64,000 bases of DNA from Candidatus Bathyarchaeota archaeon (lineage in GTDB: Archaea > Thermoproteota > Bathyarchaeia > Bathyarchaeales > Bathycorpusculaceae): the NCBI GenBank assembly GCA_963777155.1, contig CAVZPM010000033.1, positions 1 to 64,000 on the forward strand, in the 5' to 3' direction. The notes beneath the pieces are model-generated. The model did not search any database. It was not told the origin of the DNA and saw nothing but the letters and a program-made list of their open reading frames with translations. Below are positions 50,555-61,913 of this stretch, piece by piece; positions within the stretch are counted from its first letter, which is position 1; each line of letters begins with the position of its first letter. Both the position numbers and the translations under genes were made by a program.

Positions 50555-51356
50555 TAGTTATCACTGTACCGACCTGATGATTAAGAGCTGAAGTTATGGG
50601 CTGTTTACATGTGCCAGACGTGACAAGGACTTCTTTGACACCCTGATTAAGTGCTTCCAGTCCAGCGTGAACTTTGGTGCTCATTCCTCCGCCGATTTTG
50701 GAGAGCACTTCCTTGACTTCGGTTGCTGCAATCTTTGGAACCCGCTCGCCCTTGAGCATTAAACCTTCGACGTCGGTGAGCAGGATTAGTTTGTCTGCTT
50801 TTAACGCGCCTGCGATTATGGCTGCGGTTCGGTCGCCATCGACGTTTAAGGGTTCAGCGTCTTGGCTTAGCGCAATCGGGGTAACGATTGGCACGTAGCC
50901 TTTTTCGAGCAACAAATTGAGCAGTTCAGTTTTAACATGAGTAATCTTGCCGGTGTAGCCGCCGTCGATTACTTTTTTGCGTCCGCGTTCGTCTACTGCG
51001 ATGAGTCGGGTTTTACGTTCAGCTTGCAGAATCGATGCGTCAAGACCGCTTAAGCCGACGGCTTGAATGCCTTGGCTTTGGAGCGCTAGCACGATTTGCT
51101 TGTTGATTTTGCCTGCCATGACCATGGTGTAGATTTCGATGGTTTCCTTGTCGGTGTAGCGGCTGCGGAAGCCTTCGGGGGAGATTATGAATTTTTGTTC
51201 TTTACCCAGCTTTGAGGCGATTTCTGTGACTTCTACGCCTCCGCCGTGGACAAGGACTACTTTGTTTGTTTTTGTAACTTCTTTGAGGTCACAGACCAGG
51301 TCGGTTGAGGTGCCTTGTTTTAGGATGCTTCCACCTATCTTAATAACGAGCAACAT
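50547..51356 (-). CDS. lysZ: [LysW]-aminoadipate/glutamate kinase
   Basis: IKIGG, VHGGG, SRYTD, GGYTGKI, LNVDGDR, GGM.TK. Confidence 0.92.
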   Translation of the reverse strand: MLLVIKIGGSILKQGTSTDLVCDLKEVTKTNKVVLVHGGGVEVTEIASKLGKEQKFIISPEGFRSRYTDKETIEIYTMVMAGKINKQIVLALQSQGIQAVGLSGLDASILQAERKTRLIAVDERGRKKVIDGGYTGKITHVKTELLNLLLEKGYVPIVTPIALSQDAEPLNVDGDRTAAIIAGALKADKLILLTDVEGLMLKGERVPKIAATEVKEVLSKIGGGMSTKVHAGLEALNQGVKEVLVTSGTCKQPITSALNHQVGTVITSE

Positions 51357-51361
51357 GGCGA

Positions 51362-52415
51362 TCAGACCGGATGGAACCCAGTGCTCTTAAGGCCTGTGGT
51401 CTCGTCAATACCCATAAGCAGGTTGAGGCATTGCACGCCCTGTCCCGCTGCGCCCTTGGTCATGTTGTCTATGGCTGAGAAGAGTATGAGTCGGTTTGCG
51501 TGTTCGTCGATTTCGAAGCCGACGTCGCAGAAGTTTGTTCCCATGACTATTTTTGGGTCAGGCAACTGGTAGGGTCCTTTCTGGTACTTTACTAAGCGTA
51601 CGAAGGGTTCTGTGCCATACATTCCGCGAAGGGCTTTCCAGAGGTCCTTGCTGGCGATTGGCTGTTTGGGGAAGGCGTGGATGGTTGCAAGTATGCCGCG
51701 TACCATGTTGACGGCGTGGGGGGTAAATCCGATTTTGACGGTTTCGTTTGCGAGTGCGGTTAGTTCCTGTTCGACTTCGGCTGTGTGGCGGTGACCAGTG
51801 ACTTGGTAGGGGCGGACGCCGCTGAAGCGTTCAGGGTGATGCGATGCAAGGTTTGGTTTGCTGCCGCCGCCTGAGGAACCAACTTTGAGGTCAACAATGA
51901 TTTTGCTGTTGTCGACTAAACCCGCTTTCACTATCGGAGCTAAGCCGAGGATGGCGGATGTTGCCATGCAGCCTGGGCAAGCGACAAGTTTTGCTTTTTT
52001 GATTTCTTCCCGATGAAGCTCAGGCAAGCCATAAGCGGCTTCCTTTAGCATTTCGGGGTGAGCATGTGTCCAGCCATAGTAAGATTCGTAGTCAGCTGGG
52101 TTTTTGAGGCGAAAATCGGCACTCATGTCGATTACTTTCAAGCCGGCCTCAAGCAGTTTGGGAACCAGATTAACTGAACCGCCGTGTGGGGTAGCGGTGA
52201 AAACCAAATCGCAGTTTGCCTTAAGCTGATCCATGTCCATGGGCACAAATTTTAGTTGAGTTAAGCCTCTGAGGTTTGGGTGAACGTTGAAGACGTATTC
52301 TCCTGCGACCTGCCGTGAAGTAACCATCGTTACCTCTACCTGCTGGGTGCATAAGAAGCAGTCTTAACAGTTCACTGCCAACGTATCCTGAACCGCCGAT
52401 TATTCCAATTCGCAT
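51362..52415 (-). CDS. lysY: [LysW]-aminoadipate/glutamyl phosphate reductase; one frameshift at ~52340
   Basis: IIGGSGYVGSEL, ATPHG, SADFR, PGCMAT, HRH, DN..KGAAGQ. Confidence 0.92.
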
Positions 52416-52436
52416 TTTCTTTTTCCTCTTTTTTGA

Positions 52437-53623
52437 TTAATGGTCAATTAGGCTTTGAGCGCCCTTAAGGAGCGGGATAGCCACGTTAAGCCCCGTTGCG
52501 AGCCGAGTGTTCTCCCAGAACTCTGGGCAAGAATTCGACTCATGAAACACCAAGGCGCCTTTATTTTTTTCTACACTTTCTTCAATTATGTTCTTAATAT
52601 TTTCGTACGCTGAAGTGCCTTTGTAAAGCGCGAAGGCTTTCTCGAGTTTGCCCGTCCACGATTCGAAGTCGGTTAAACGGGTTTCATCTTGCTTCACCTT
52701 CTGAACGGACACCCATGCTCGGGCGGCTTTGTCAAGTTCAGTCTTAAGTGTTGCGTCGTCGGCGTTCTTGTTTTCGCCAACGTTAACCATGGCGTCTAAC
52801 GCGAATATCCATGCGTCGCTACCTTTCCCAAGGACTTTTCCACTTTTGACTGCCAACTCCTGAATGCTCAGGGGCAGTTTAGCGTGGAAAACCAGGTTAC
52901 CAAGAAAAGTGTTTGTTCGGAAATCTTTGAAGCCAGCTCTTGCCATCGAGGTGTGGTAGCAAACGGGCTGTTTGCCTTTCTCTTTGGAAGACGATTATGC
53001 GTAAGTCATAGAACCATTTCTGGACAAGTTCTTGAGCGACTACACCTATTGGGTTAATGATTGTGGGTTTAGTTTCTTTGATGCTTGCTTCCAACTCCTC
53101 ACGGTTTCTGGAGAGCATAATCATTTTGCCGTGTGTGCCAGCATCTGCCTTGATTACGATGCCTTCGTCGAGTGGGATTTCTTGCTCGAAGAGGTCAGCG
53201 ATGTCTTTTTCGTTGTGGATTTCTCTGTCCGTTCTTCATGGTGTCTGTTGCGTCGCAGGGCACGAAGACGGTTTTGGGAATTGGGATGCCTTCCTTGAAA
53301 AGGTGCATTAGGGTACGGTATTTGCTGTAGCAGATGAATTCAATTTGGGATGAGTTCAGGGTTTTTTTGCCAAGCATCTCCATGATGTATGAGGCTTGGA
53401 GACGGCGGTTTTTGCTTTGCGCCCGGTTAAGCACAACTTTAGTGTTTTCCACGATGCTCGTGTAGTCTTTGCCTTTGGTTTTGGCGCTAAAGCCGTCTTT
53501 GGAGATGGATAGGGCAATTTTTCGGAAGGGAATGAAAGCGAGGTCTATGCCGAGTTGTTGGGCGGTGAGCTTTATGCCGTTTTCGTCGTTTTCCGAGCGC
53601 TCATACAAAAGGGCAATGCTCAT
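52437..53623 (-). CDS. lysX: LysX/ArgX-type ATP-grasp ligase with an internal insertion; frameshifted
   Basis: Lies between lysW and lysY. SKYRT..L...GIPIPKT, QELVQK..YDLR, FRTNT.LG, LD, HESNSCPEF; three ORF fragments. Confidence 0.8.
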
Positions 53624-53695
53624 CGCTTTCAGCTTCCGTTTAAAATTAGTTCCTTAAAAGGGTGATTTGAAGTAAGAGACGGGGTTGGTTACTGT

Positions 53696-53902
53696 TTATT
53701 CGCCCCAGTCTTCGCCTTCAATGGTTAATTCTTGAAGGTCAACGCAACCGCATTTTACCTGTTTAACCTCGAGCTCAAGTCCGCAGCCAGGACAACTGAC
53801 AATTTCGCCTTTCTCAGTGTCTGCTGGAACATCAAGATCTGCGTCACAGTCTGGGCATTTTGCTTTTGCGTTTGGTTGGTTTGAGTTTACGGGTTTAATC
53901 AT
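53696..53902 (-). CDS. lysW: Amino-group carrier protein LysW
   Basis: CPDC...CPGC and the C-terminal EDWGE signature. Confidence 0.95.
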   Translation of the reverse strand: MIKPVNSNQPNAKAKCPDCDADLDVPADTEKGEIVSCPGCGLELEVKQVKCGCVDLQELTIEGEDWGE

Positions 53903-54036
53903 TTTTTATTCGTCACTTTTTTTATGTTGGGAAATGTCAATCAGATTATTTCCAGTTTCTTTTAAACATTATGACTTATTTGTTACAACTTGAACTTCTA
54001 ATGTCTCATTTGGTGCAGCTTTTCTCTTGGCTAGAA

Positions 54037-54051
54037 TAACAAAAATCGTAC
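54037..54051. promoter_or_regulatory. Possible LysM (Lrp) binding site
   Basis: TAACAAAAATCGTAC between divergent lysW and lysM. The right half resembles the Sulfolobus lysW LysM site as I recall it. Confidence 0.3.
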
Positions 54052-54149
54052 AATAAACGCGCCAACACAACGAAATCCGCATTACCCATTCAACCCCAAT
54101 GATGGAAAACGTTAAATTTCATCACTCCAATATTTCTTCGGCTGAAAAA

Positions 54150-54560
54150 ATGGACGAAAAAGACAAGCAAATCATAAAAATCCTAAAAGACGACGGAAGA
54201 GCAGGCTACGGCGACATAGGAGCCCAAATAGGCTTATCCGAAGGCGCCGTAAGGAAACGAATCAAAACATTAACTGACGAAAGCGTCATCAGAAAATTCA
54301 CAGTTAAAGTCGGCGTCGGCGAAGGAGCCCAAGCCATAACGCTACTTGCCACAAACCCAGCCTACCCAACCCAGGAAGTATCCAAAAAAATCCAGGCAAT
54401 CCCAAACGTCGAAACCATCTACGAAGTCACAGGCGAATACGACATCGTTGCAGTCATCAGCGGACTAAGCGTAACAGAAGTAAACGAGTGCATAGAGAAA
54501 ATCCGCCGAGTCGAAGGCATCATGAAAACCAACACCATGATAGTCCTACGAAGCTGGTAA
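54150..54560 (+). CDS. lysM: Lrp/AsnC family regulator LysM
   Basis: MDEKDKQIIKIL..DGR, GLSEGAVRKRIK, YEVTGEYDI; divergent from lysW. Confidence 0.88.
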   Translation: MDEKDKQIIKILKDDGRAGYGDIGAQIGLSEGAVRKRIKTLTDESVIRKFTVKVGVGEGAQAITLLATNPAYPTQEVSKKIQAIPNVETIYEVTGEYDIVAVISGLSVTEVNECIEKIRRVEGIMKTNTMIVLRSW

Positions 54561-54682
54561 CCAACACAAGTGAACAATAGTTCTACTAGCATTTGTTTTA
54601 TTTTACAATGGTTTTCTATTGTTTTGTAGTTGAGAGAACTTAATCGTAAAGAAAGCTCAATGCGTTCGTAAACGATAATGAT

Positions 54683-54754
54683 ACATTGATTAGTGAAGAG
54701 GCTCTATTGTTTGCGAAGTACCTCAGAAACGGGGATTCAAGAATATGCAATTAA
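54683..54754 (+). pseudogene. Short gene remnant resembling the C-terminus of archaeal solo Cas1-like proteins
   Basis: Translates TLISEEALLFAKYLRN with no start codon or upstream gene body; the resemblance is from memory. Confidence 0.35.
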
Positions 54755-54924
54755 ACTAAGGAATGGGTGCTGAGGCTACGGAACCGATAAGAGAGAAGAC
54801 GAAAATGTATAACCTCTTCGTTGCAACTCAATAGTTGAAATTTTTATCCAGAGCCTATTCAGCCCCGTTTCAACCAACAAAAAAAACTAAAAAGGGAGGG
54901 AAAATATTTCCCATTGGTTTCGCT

Positions 54925-57578
54925 TTATGGTCGTTTTCTAAGAGCTAAAATAATGACTGCACCGACTACTACGATTGCAATGATTATTCCGATGATACCA
55001 GGTACTAAGTATAGATCTGCTACTGAAGTTGCTTGTGTTGGTTGTGGTGTTGGTGTTGCTGCTGCTTCGTCAACGACGAAAGCTGTTTGATCGTATGATC
55101 CATAGTATGCTTTAGAGCCTGCGAAGGTTGCGATGACTGTGTATTTACCTGCAATGTCTGGCATCCAACTTAAGCTGTAGCTACCTGAGGAGTCGCTTGT
55201 GGTTGTTCCGATTTCACGGAAGTTTCCGTTTGCATCAACCACTGAGATTGTAACTGGAACACCGGTTGCATTGGTTGGCATCTCGAATTGCTTGTAGATA
55301 TAGAGCATATATTGGCTTTGGCTTTCGTCAGAGACTGCTGGAACACCGTTGGGGAACCGTAGTGCAATGCGTGAGTCGGTTGTGCCTGGTGAAATGTCGG
55401 TTACTCTTGCCTGATATGAGTACACTTTGTCCTGGTGCAGCGCCAAGGTTTGGAGCTGACACAGTGATTTTGCTTGCGCCTTTACCCATTGCGTAGATCT
55501 GTAAGTCGTATGTATCGTAGCCTGCGATGATGCTGTCACCCATAACTGGGTTACCACCCCAACGAGTTTCACGCATCAAACCGTTTATGCGGAAGATTTC
55601 ACTGCCGTCAGTTGCGTTAACACAAGCGAATGGTCCGCCTCTTGGCATTGGACTGTTAGCAGAGTGCTCAAGAGTGCCGATGTAGATTTTGCCGTCAGCG
55701 ATTAGGTCAATCCAGCCCCACCAGTTTTCACCAGTGACTGGCTCGTTGTACGGATCTTTTAGAATGTAGGTCCATTCTGTGTGGCCATTTGAAAGATCAT
55801 ATGCATACATGATACCTGCGAGACCAACTGAGTAGAGTTTGCCATAAGCAAAGTACCAAGTGTGCTCACCAGCGCCCGAACCGTATAGGTCAAGATAGTT
55901 TTCAGGTTCAGTAGCCCAGAGGTATGATCCGTCGACAAGGCTGAAGCCGTAGTGGGTTGTTAGTTCTTTGCTAAATACTGCCATGACACCGTTGCCATAG
56001 GTATCGTCTTTGACGTAGTTTGATGCGCCAGTGTAGTAGAGTATGTTATGAACCTTCAAGCCATTCAGAGGGTGCTGCCCAGGTCTTGTCGAAGATTGTT
56101 GCGATTGATTGTGTGTTTTTGGTTGCATTGCGAGTTGCAGTTATGCTGTCGATTGGTAGACCCCACAGCGCACCATGGTTTGGTTGTAGGCCATACCGAC
56201 AACTCTGTCGCCGTAGTAGGCTCTAATATAGTTTGGTGACGGTAAGCCTTTGGGTATGGTTACGTTCCATGAGTAGCATTTGTCTAGTGAACCGTTTAGG
56301 AATCTTGTCAGCTGGGAAAGCTGAATTTATCTGCTGACCTAATTGCGTTAGTTGGGTTTGTAGGACCACCTGCGTCGCGTGAGCCTCTACCGTTTGCATC
56401 CATGCCTAAGACACCGAAGTCCCAGCTGCCATATGTTGGTTGTCCGAGAACGGCATTTTGTAGACCTGCAAGGGTAGAATTCCAAAGTGCCATCCAGCCG
56501 GCGTTGTAGTTGATTTGGTAGATGAGGATTTCTCCGTTTGGACCCCAGATTCTTGTGCCTGAGGGTACGCTGTGGAACATGAACTGGAATGAGCCATCGT
56601 TTGTGCTGTAGGCTGTGTAGTTGCTGCCGTTTACTGACCAGAGGTAGTTCCATACACCGTTAACGTTGTAGCTTGGATAGAACATCGTCTGACCAAAATT
56701 CAGGAATGTTCCGTTTAAGAACCAAAGTTTCTCGCCTGTGTGCAGATCGATTGCTTGAATTCCTGGTATGCTGGTTTGCGCGTATAAGCCGTTTCCTTGA
56801 GCGTTGTAGTATAGTACTCCGTTGATAACTACTGCGTTTGCGAATCTGCCTTCATAAGCGTCGCCTCCGTACATATCTGCAATTATATTGTTTTCGCCAT
56901 CGTACAAACCGCCTGATATGCCGCCTTGCTCGTATGGAGTTGCCCATAGGATGTGGGGAGTCTCAGGAGCGTTATCTTGGTACAGTACAATCGAGTTGAA
57001 TGGTCGTTCTACCCAGTTGCCTGAGATTGAGTACCATTCTCTTAGCTGTGGGTCGATTGGTCGACTCCAATACTCAGTTGGTAAGGCATGACCAGGATAG
57101 AATTGTACATCTACGGATTCAATTACTTCCAATGTCGTTGATTTGGAGCTTGCTAGAAGTATAGTGCCTTGTTGTATAGGTGCAGTTCTTCCAGATGGCG
57201 TAAGGCTGTTATTGGATATGTGTTGTTAGGGAAGTTTGTTGTTATGGTGTAGTTTCCTATTTGGGTTGGTACATATGTGGTGTAGGTTGAGCCTGTAGAG
57301 TCAGTTGTGAATGGACCAAGAGTCTCGGTTGTTCCGTCTGGTTTTGTGACGGTAATGGTGATTCCACTCCAGCCATAAGATGCTGATGGTGCAGCCTCTG
57401 AGATACCACATTTAAGTAGTGTCTCCTGGCCAACACCGACAGGGTTAGGAATGGCATCGACAATTGGATAGGTTTTCATTGTCGCTGCTGCTTCTGCTGG
57501 CTTTATAGGTATTGCCGCAATTGTTGAAACTATGAATGCTGCTAAAATCAAAATTGAAATTGTTTTTTTAAAATGCAT
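54925..57578 (-). CDS. Secreted PQQ-binding-like beta-propeller surface protein; several frameshifts
   Basis: Signal peptide, PNPVGVGQ..ITVTKPDG..LGP..TDSTG, LPTEYWSRPI, ADGKIY..EHS, GVPVTISVVD.NGN, C-terminal TM with RKRP. Confidence 0.85.
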
Positions 57579-57877
57579 TTTTTCTTCTCCTAAAATGATA
57601 TTCCATACTTTAGTTGGTTTTATTATTTAACACTTTTCATACTTGACTTGAGGTGTTTTGTCGCAGAAAGTTACTAAAAATAACCCATTGCTAAATTGTA
57701 AATCCTGAAATATAGATTAATGTCAGAATACTGCGCGCGTTATTGGAATTAATTGACCTACTAAATTTAACCAAAACCTCTGAATTTATCAATACTATAA
57801 TTATCAAGGGAAAATCCGACATCATTCTTAATTATCATGGATTTTCCCATGATAAATTACTTATTAACCCTCAAGAT

Positions 57878-58010
57878 AAAAAAATGGGTTTTGCGAGTGA
57901 AATCACGAGACTGAAAGGGGTTCAACTCCAACCTCAGTTCCATGCCCTATATCCTCGGCTTTTAGGTGAAAGGGTCATAACAGACAGATAATACTTCTTT
58001 TTGTTGTGTC
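57878..58010 (-). ncRNA. Candidate small structured RNA
   Basis: GC-enriched hairpins in an AT-rich intergenic region; a T7 run follows on the minus strand; CTTAAG at 58034-39. Confidence 0.35.
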
Positions 58011-58153
58011 GTGTTGTGTTGAGGGTGTGGGTGCTTAAGGGAGTATAGAAAAGTAGTATAGAAGAGTAAAGTGAGTTAGAAATCAGAGAGAGAAAGATTA
58101 AAATTTAATCCCCAAATCCCCTGTTACCTATTCTCATTCCTTGAGAGTTTAAT

Positions 58154-58866
58154 TTACTTTCTTGGTTTCTCAATTTTTTCCACTTTATCAACCGAGCCAA
58201 GGTAGACTATGTCAGTTAAGCCGATGAAAAAGCCTGTCTCAACAACACCTGGAATCATCTTCACTTTGACTGCGAGTTCAGCTGGATTCACTATTTCCCC
58301 GAAGTATGCGTCTATGACTGCGTTGCCGTTGTCTGTTATTGTGGGACCTAGTTTTCCTTTGCCTTCACGCACCACGGGTTTTCCGCCCATGGCAGCGATT
58401 GTCGCTTTAACTATGGGAAGTGCGAAGGGCAAGACTTCAACAGGAACAAACTGGTTGTTTTCGCCCAGCAGTTTGACTTTTTTGGGTTGGTCAGCTATGA
58501 TTACGTTGAGTTTGGAGGCTGAAGCAACGATTTTTTCTCTCGCCATCGCTGCACCGCCGCCTTTAATAAGGAATAGTTCGGGGGTTAGTTGGTCTGCGCC
58601 GTCTATGGTTACATCGATTACTGGGTGCTCATCTAATGTTGTGATGGGGATGCCGCATTCAACTGCTAACAGGAATGCTTGGTAAGAAGTTGGGATGCCC
58701 ATGATATGATTTTTTCTTTTTTGATTCGCTCGCCTAATGCTTGGATTGCAAATGCGGCTGTGCTTCCACTTCCTAAACCTACAATAAAACCGTCTTTGAC
58801 GTGTTTGACTGCTTCTAAAGCGGCGTTTTGCTTGGCCTGTTGGATTGGATCGAGGTTAGCTTTCAA
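58154..58866 (-). CDS. rpiA: Ribose-5-phosphate isomerase A; one frameshift at ~58705
   Basis: GLGSGSTA, DGAD, IKGGGAA..REKI, TDNGN, PGVVETGFF. Confidence 0.93.
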
Positions 58867-59632
58867 TTTCCATCTGTCCCAATTTGTCTAGCACTTTCTC
58901 TACTTCGGCTTGAATTGATTCTATACGTTTTTCCGCTTCAGTCTTCTGGCTTGGTCTTTCTTCTGGCGGTTTACGTTTTTTCTTGGGTTTCTCTTCTCCA
59001 CCTGCAGGAGCTTCGCTTTTTTCTTGCTCTTCCTCTTCTTCGTCTTCTTCCTCCATCTGCAGAGGTGTTTGGGAAGGCATCTTTATTGGGATTTCACGGA
59101 TTGGTTTAACGTCGATTCTGCCTCGAAGCTCTTCAACTTTGCTTGTTAATTCGCCGAAGCGTTCACTGAAGAGTTTCATGAGGTCTTCCTGCATGCCCTC
59201 AAGCTCATGCAAGGCAACGATGCTTTCGTCTTTCGAAATCGATTCTTTTATCAGGTTCATCCTGTTTTTGTAAGTGATAGCCATCTTGTCTCTTTCTTGC
59301 TCGGTAATTTTTCCTTCCGCGTGAGCTTCATAGAGTCTTCGTAGCGCATCGCCCAAGATGTCGCGTTCTAAATCAAGCGTGCGCAACTCGTTTTTTGCGT
59401 CGGATGCCATCGTTGTTTGGATACTTTTAGAAACTTTAAACGGCAAGGGATTGTATTCAGAGTCCAAGTCTGCTTTTTGCTTCTTCTCGGGCAGTTTTTG
59501 TTTTTTTTCTGGAGAAGGACTTTTTCCGTACCTTCGCATGGCCAAAACTACGGTGCCAACGGCGATGATTACCACTAACAACACTAAGGTTACTATTATG
59601 GGGTCATCATACCAAACTGCCAAGCCGTGCAA
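58856..59632 (-). CDS. Membrane-anchored coiled-coil hypothetical protein
   Basis: N-terminal TM, charged helical body, acidic tract. Confidence 0.7.
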   Translation of the reverse strand: MHGLAVWYDDPIIVTLVLLVVIIAVGTVVLAMRRYGKSPSPEKKQKLPEKKQKADLDSEYNPLPFKVSKSIQTTMASDAKNELRTLDLERDILGDALRRLYEAHAEGKITEQERDKMAITYKNRMNLIKESISKDESIVALHELEGMQEDLMKLFSERFGELTSKVEELRGRIDVKPIREIPIKMPSQTPLQMEEEDEEEEEQEKSEAPAGGEEKPKKKRKPPEERPSQKTEAEKRIESIQAEVEKVLDKLGQMEIES

Positions 59633-59736
59633 TCCTCGATATCTTCATTGTGCACCATGTATATATTAATTAATATAATTGCTATGTTTGGTAGTTCAAG
59701 TTTAAATAAATATTGCAAGACTCAGCGTCTTCAGTG

Positions 59737-60585
59737 TTATCTTTCTTTGGTTAGTTCCTCGAGTGTTTTTAGCATGCTTCCCGATCGGTAACCTTCCAAA
59801 TCAATTGTCACATACTTGAATCCCAATTTCTTCAATTCCTCAGCAACATTATCCAAAACATCGACACTACAAAAGAGCGGGATGTCAGCTTTTGCCACTT
59901 CAATCCTTGCTAACCCGTTGTGATCCCTGACCCTGATCTGTTTAACTCCAATTATCGTCTTTATGGCTTGCTCTGCCTTTTCGATTCTCCCTAACTTCTC
60001 TGCCGTAATTTTCTGGTTGAAGGGTATTCTCGAAGCTAAACATGCTAAAGCAGGCTTGTCATGAACACTAAGCCCCATCTGTTTGGCTACTTGACGAATC
60101 TCATCTTTGCTAAACTTGTTAACCATCCAGGGGCTGTAAACGTTTTTGGCTTCTTGGACAGCTTTGAAACCTGGCCTGTGGTCGTTTAGGTCACTGAAGT
60201 TTGTGCCCTCAAAAACTGCTTTAAACCCCAATTTATGTGCATAGTCGATTAGGGTTTGGAGGAGTTCTTTTTTGCAGTAGTAGCAGCGGTTCTCGGGGTT
60301 TCTGCTGAAATCGGGGTTTTCTAACTCGTTGGTTTCTACCACGTACAATTTAATGCCAATGTCCTTAGCTATTTTTTTAGCTTCTTGCAGCTCCTCAGAC
60401 GTGTAGGTCGGAGAATGAGCAACAATAGCAACAGCCTTCTCACCTAAAACCTCGCGGCTAACCGCAGCCAAAGTTGAACTGTCCACACCCCCAGAAAAAG
60501 CAACAGCCACCCCATCTTTGCCTTTTTCTTCTATGAAACACCTTAACGCTTCAAGTTTACGGTTCAAAACTTCCATGCAATTCAC
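59737..60585 (-). CDS. larE: ATP-dependent sulfur transferase LarE
   Basis: AFSGGVDS, RCYYCK, DHRPG, ACLASRIP, QIRVRDH, GYRSGS. Confidence 0.92.
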   Translation of the reverse strand: MNCMEVLNRKLEALRCFIEEKGKDGVAVAFSGGVDSSTLAAVSREVLGEKAVAIVAHSPTYTSEELQEAKKIAKDIGIKLYVVETNELENPDFSRNPENRCYYCKKELLQTLIDYAHKLGFKAVFEGTNFSDLNDHRPGFKAVQEAKNVYSPWMVNKFSKDEIRQVAKQMGLSVHDKPALACLASRIPFNQKITAEKLGRIEKAEQAIKTIIGVKQIRVRDHNGLARIEVAKADIPLFCSVDVLDNVAEELKKLGFKYVTIDLEGYRSGSMLKTLEELTKER

Positions 60586-60588
60586 CGA

Positions 60589-61832
60589 TTACAGCATTTC
60601 TTGGGTTTTAGAAACTGCAAGGTCGGATATTTCTCTTAGAGGCTTCTTTGTTTTTTCCGCCAACCGCTTGAGGTCCTCAAATTCAGGTTTAACTCTGATG
60701 ATTTCGCCCTTGCTGTTTTTTGAAACCTTCACTCTTATCGTTTCTTTTACGCCGCCTATGGGCAGATCGACTGAATATAATTCGCGGGCAATGATGTGTC
60801 GTTCGCAGTAGTAAACTCGTACCCCAAGCGACCCGGTCTCATCCATAAGTACACGTGAAAGGTGAGCCACGTCTTTTTGATCAGCGATGACTTTCACGAT
60901 TTGCCCAGGGCGATTCTTTTTGGTGAACATAGGAATTATGCTGACGTCTTTAGCGCCTTCCTGCAATAGCTTATCAAGTGTATACCCTAAAACCTCACCG
61001 GACACATCGTCGACATTGGTTTCTAAAACAGCAATTTCATCCTTTACCAATCCATTATCCAGCGAGTCGCCCAATGTGAACCTTAAAACCGCAGGCATCT
61101 GAACAAACTCTTTGGTTCCCGCGCCGTAACCCACTTTCAAAGGAGCCATAGCGGGGTAAAAAGGGCTGACTTCCTCAACTAAATTAACTAATATAGAAAC
61201 CCCTGTCGGTGTGGCAAGTTCTGCTTCTATCGGTCCACCCTGGAAGGGAAAATTCTTAGATTGCAATATAGCTAACGTTGCGGGTGCCGGCGCAGAAACG
61301 ATGCCATGGGAAAACTTGAACGTTCCTCCCCCTACCGCCACAGGAGTCGAATAAATCTTGGCTTCAAACAAACCCAAATCATCCAAAGCTACGGCTACAC
61401 CAAGAATTTCAGCAGCAGTATCAACCAATGCCACCTCATGCAAATGTGCATCGTCAAAAGAGGTTTTGTGTAAATCAGCTTCGACGCCAACGATAGTACG
61501 GATTACGTTTGGAGGCAAACTGTTTAGCCTTCACTGAAAGCTCAAGGTTGCCAGCAGCTTTTTCCACTATATCAATTATTTCATTGCCATGTTTTTTGCT
61601 TGTTGATTCAGAGGTCACATCTATTTGGGAAGCTCTGAATTCGCCCCGCATCACTTGGTTAATTGTCTATTTTGATTTTTCCGTAGCCATACTCTGGGTT
61701 CTCCAGCGATTTTATGGCACTAATAACCTTGTCAACGTTAGCTCCAAGGTCTATTAACGTAGCAAGAATCATGTCTCCGGCAACGCCTGAAGCTTGACAA
61801 TCAATTAGAAGTATTTTCTTATGTTCCATCAT
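60589..61832 (-). CDS. larC: Nickel insertase LarC; two frameshifts at ~61660 and ~61515
   Basis: SGVAGDMIL..L.DLG, HLHEV, PAPATL, EL.TPTG, ETNVDD, KKNRPG, PEFED. Confidence 0.9.
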
Positions 61833-61913
61833 CTTTATCACAAAAATTTAGGTGGTTGCAAGCAAGCATAATAGATATATTACTTAAGGGTTTTTTTTAA
61901 GGATTGTCCGATT

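Noticed and set aside
57917-57929. tRNA gene
   Set aside because: Only a T-arm-like hairpin; no acceptor, D or anticodon arms could be built.
51362-58866. Mass pseudogenisation of lysX, lysY, the PQQ gene and rpiA
   Set aside because: Motifs are intact and I saw no accumulation of in-frame stops; single indels fit long-read consensus errors.
60589-61832. Programmed ribosomal frameshift in larC, as in Lactiplantibacillus larC1/C2
   Set aside because: The breaks are in the N-terminal quarter, not at the C1/C2 junction, and similar indels hit rpiA, lysY, larB and arsC. Assembly error is more likely.
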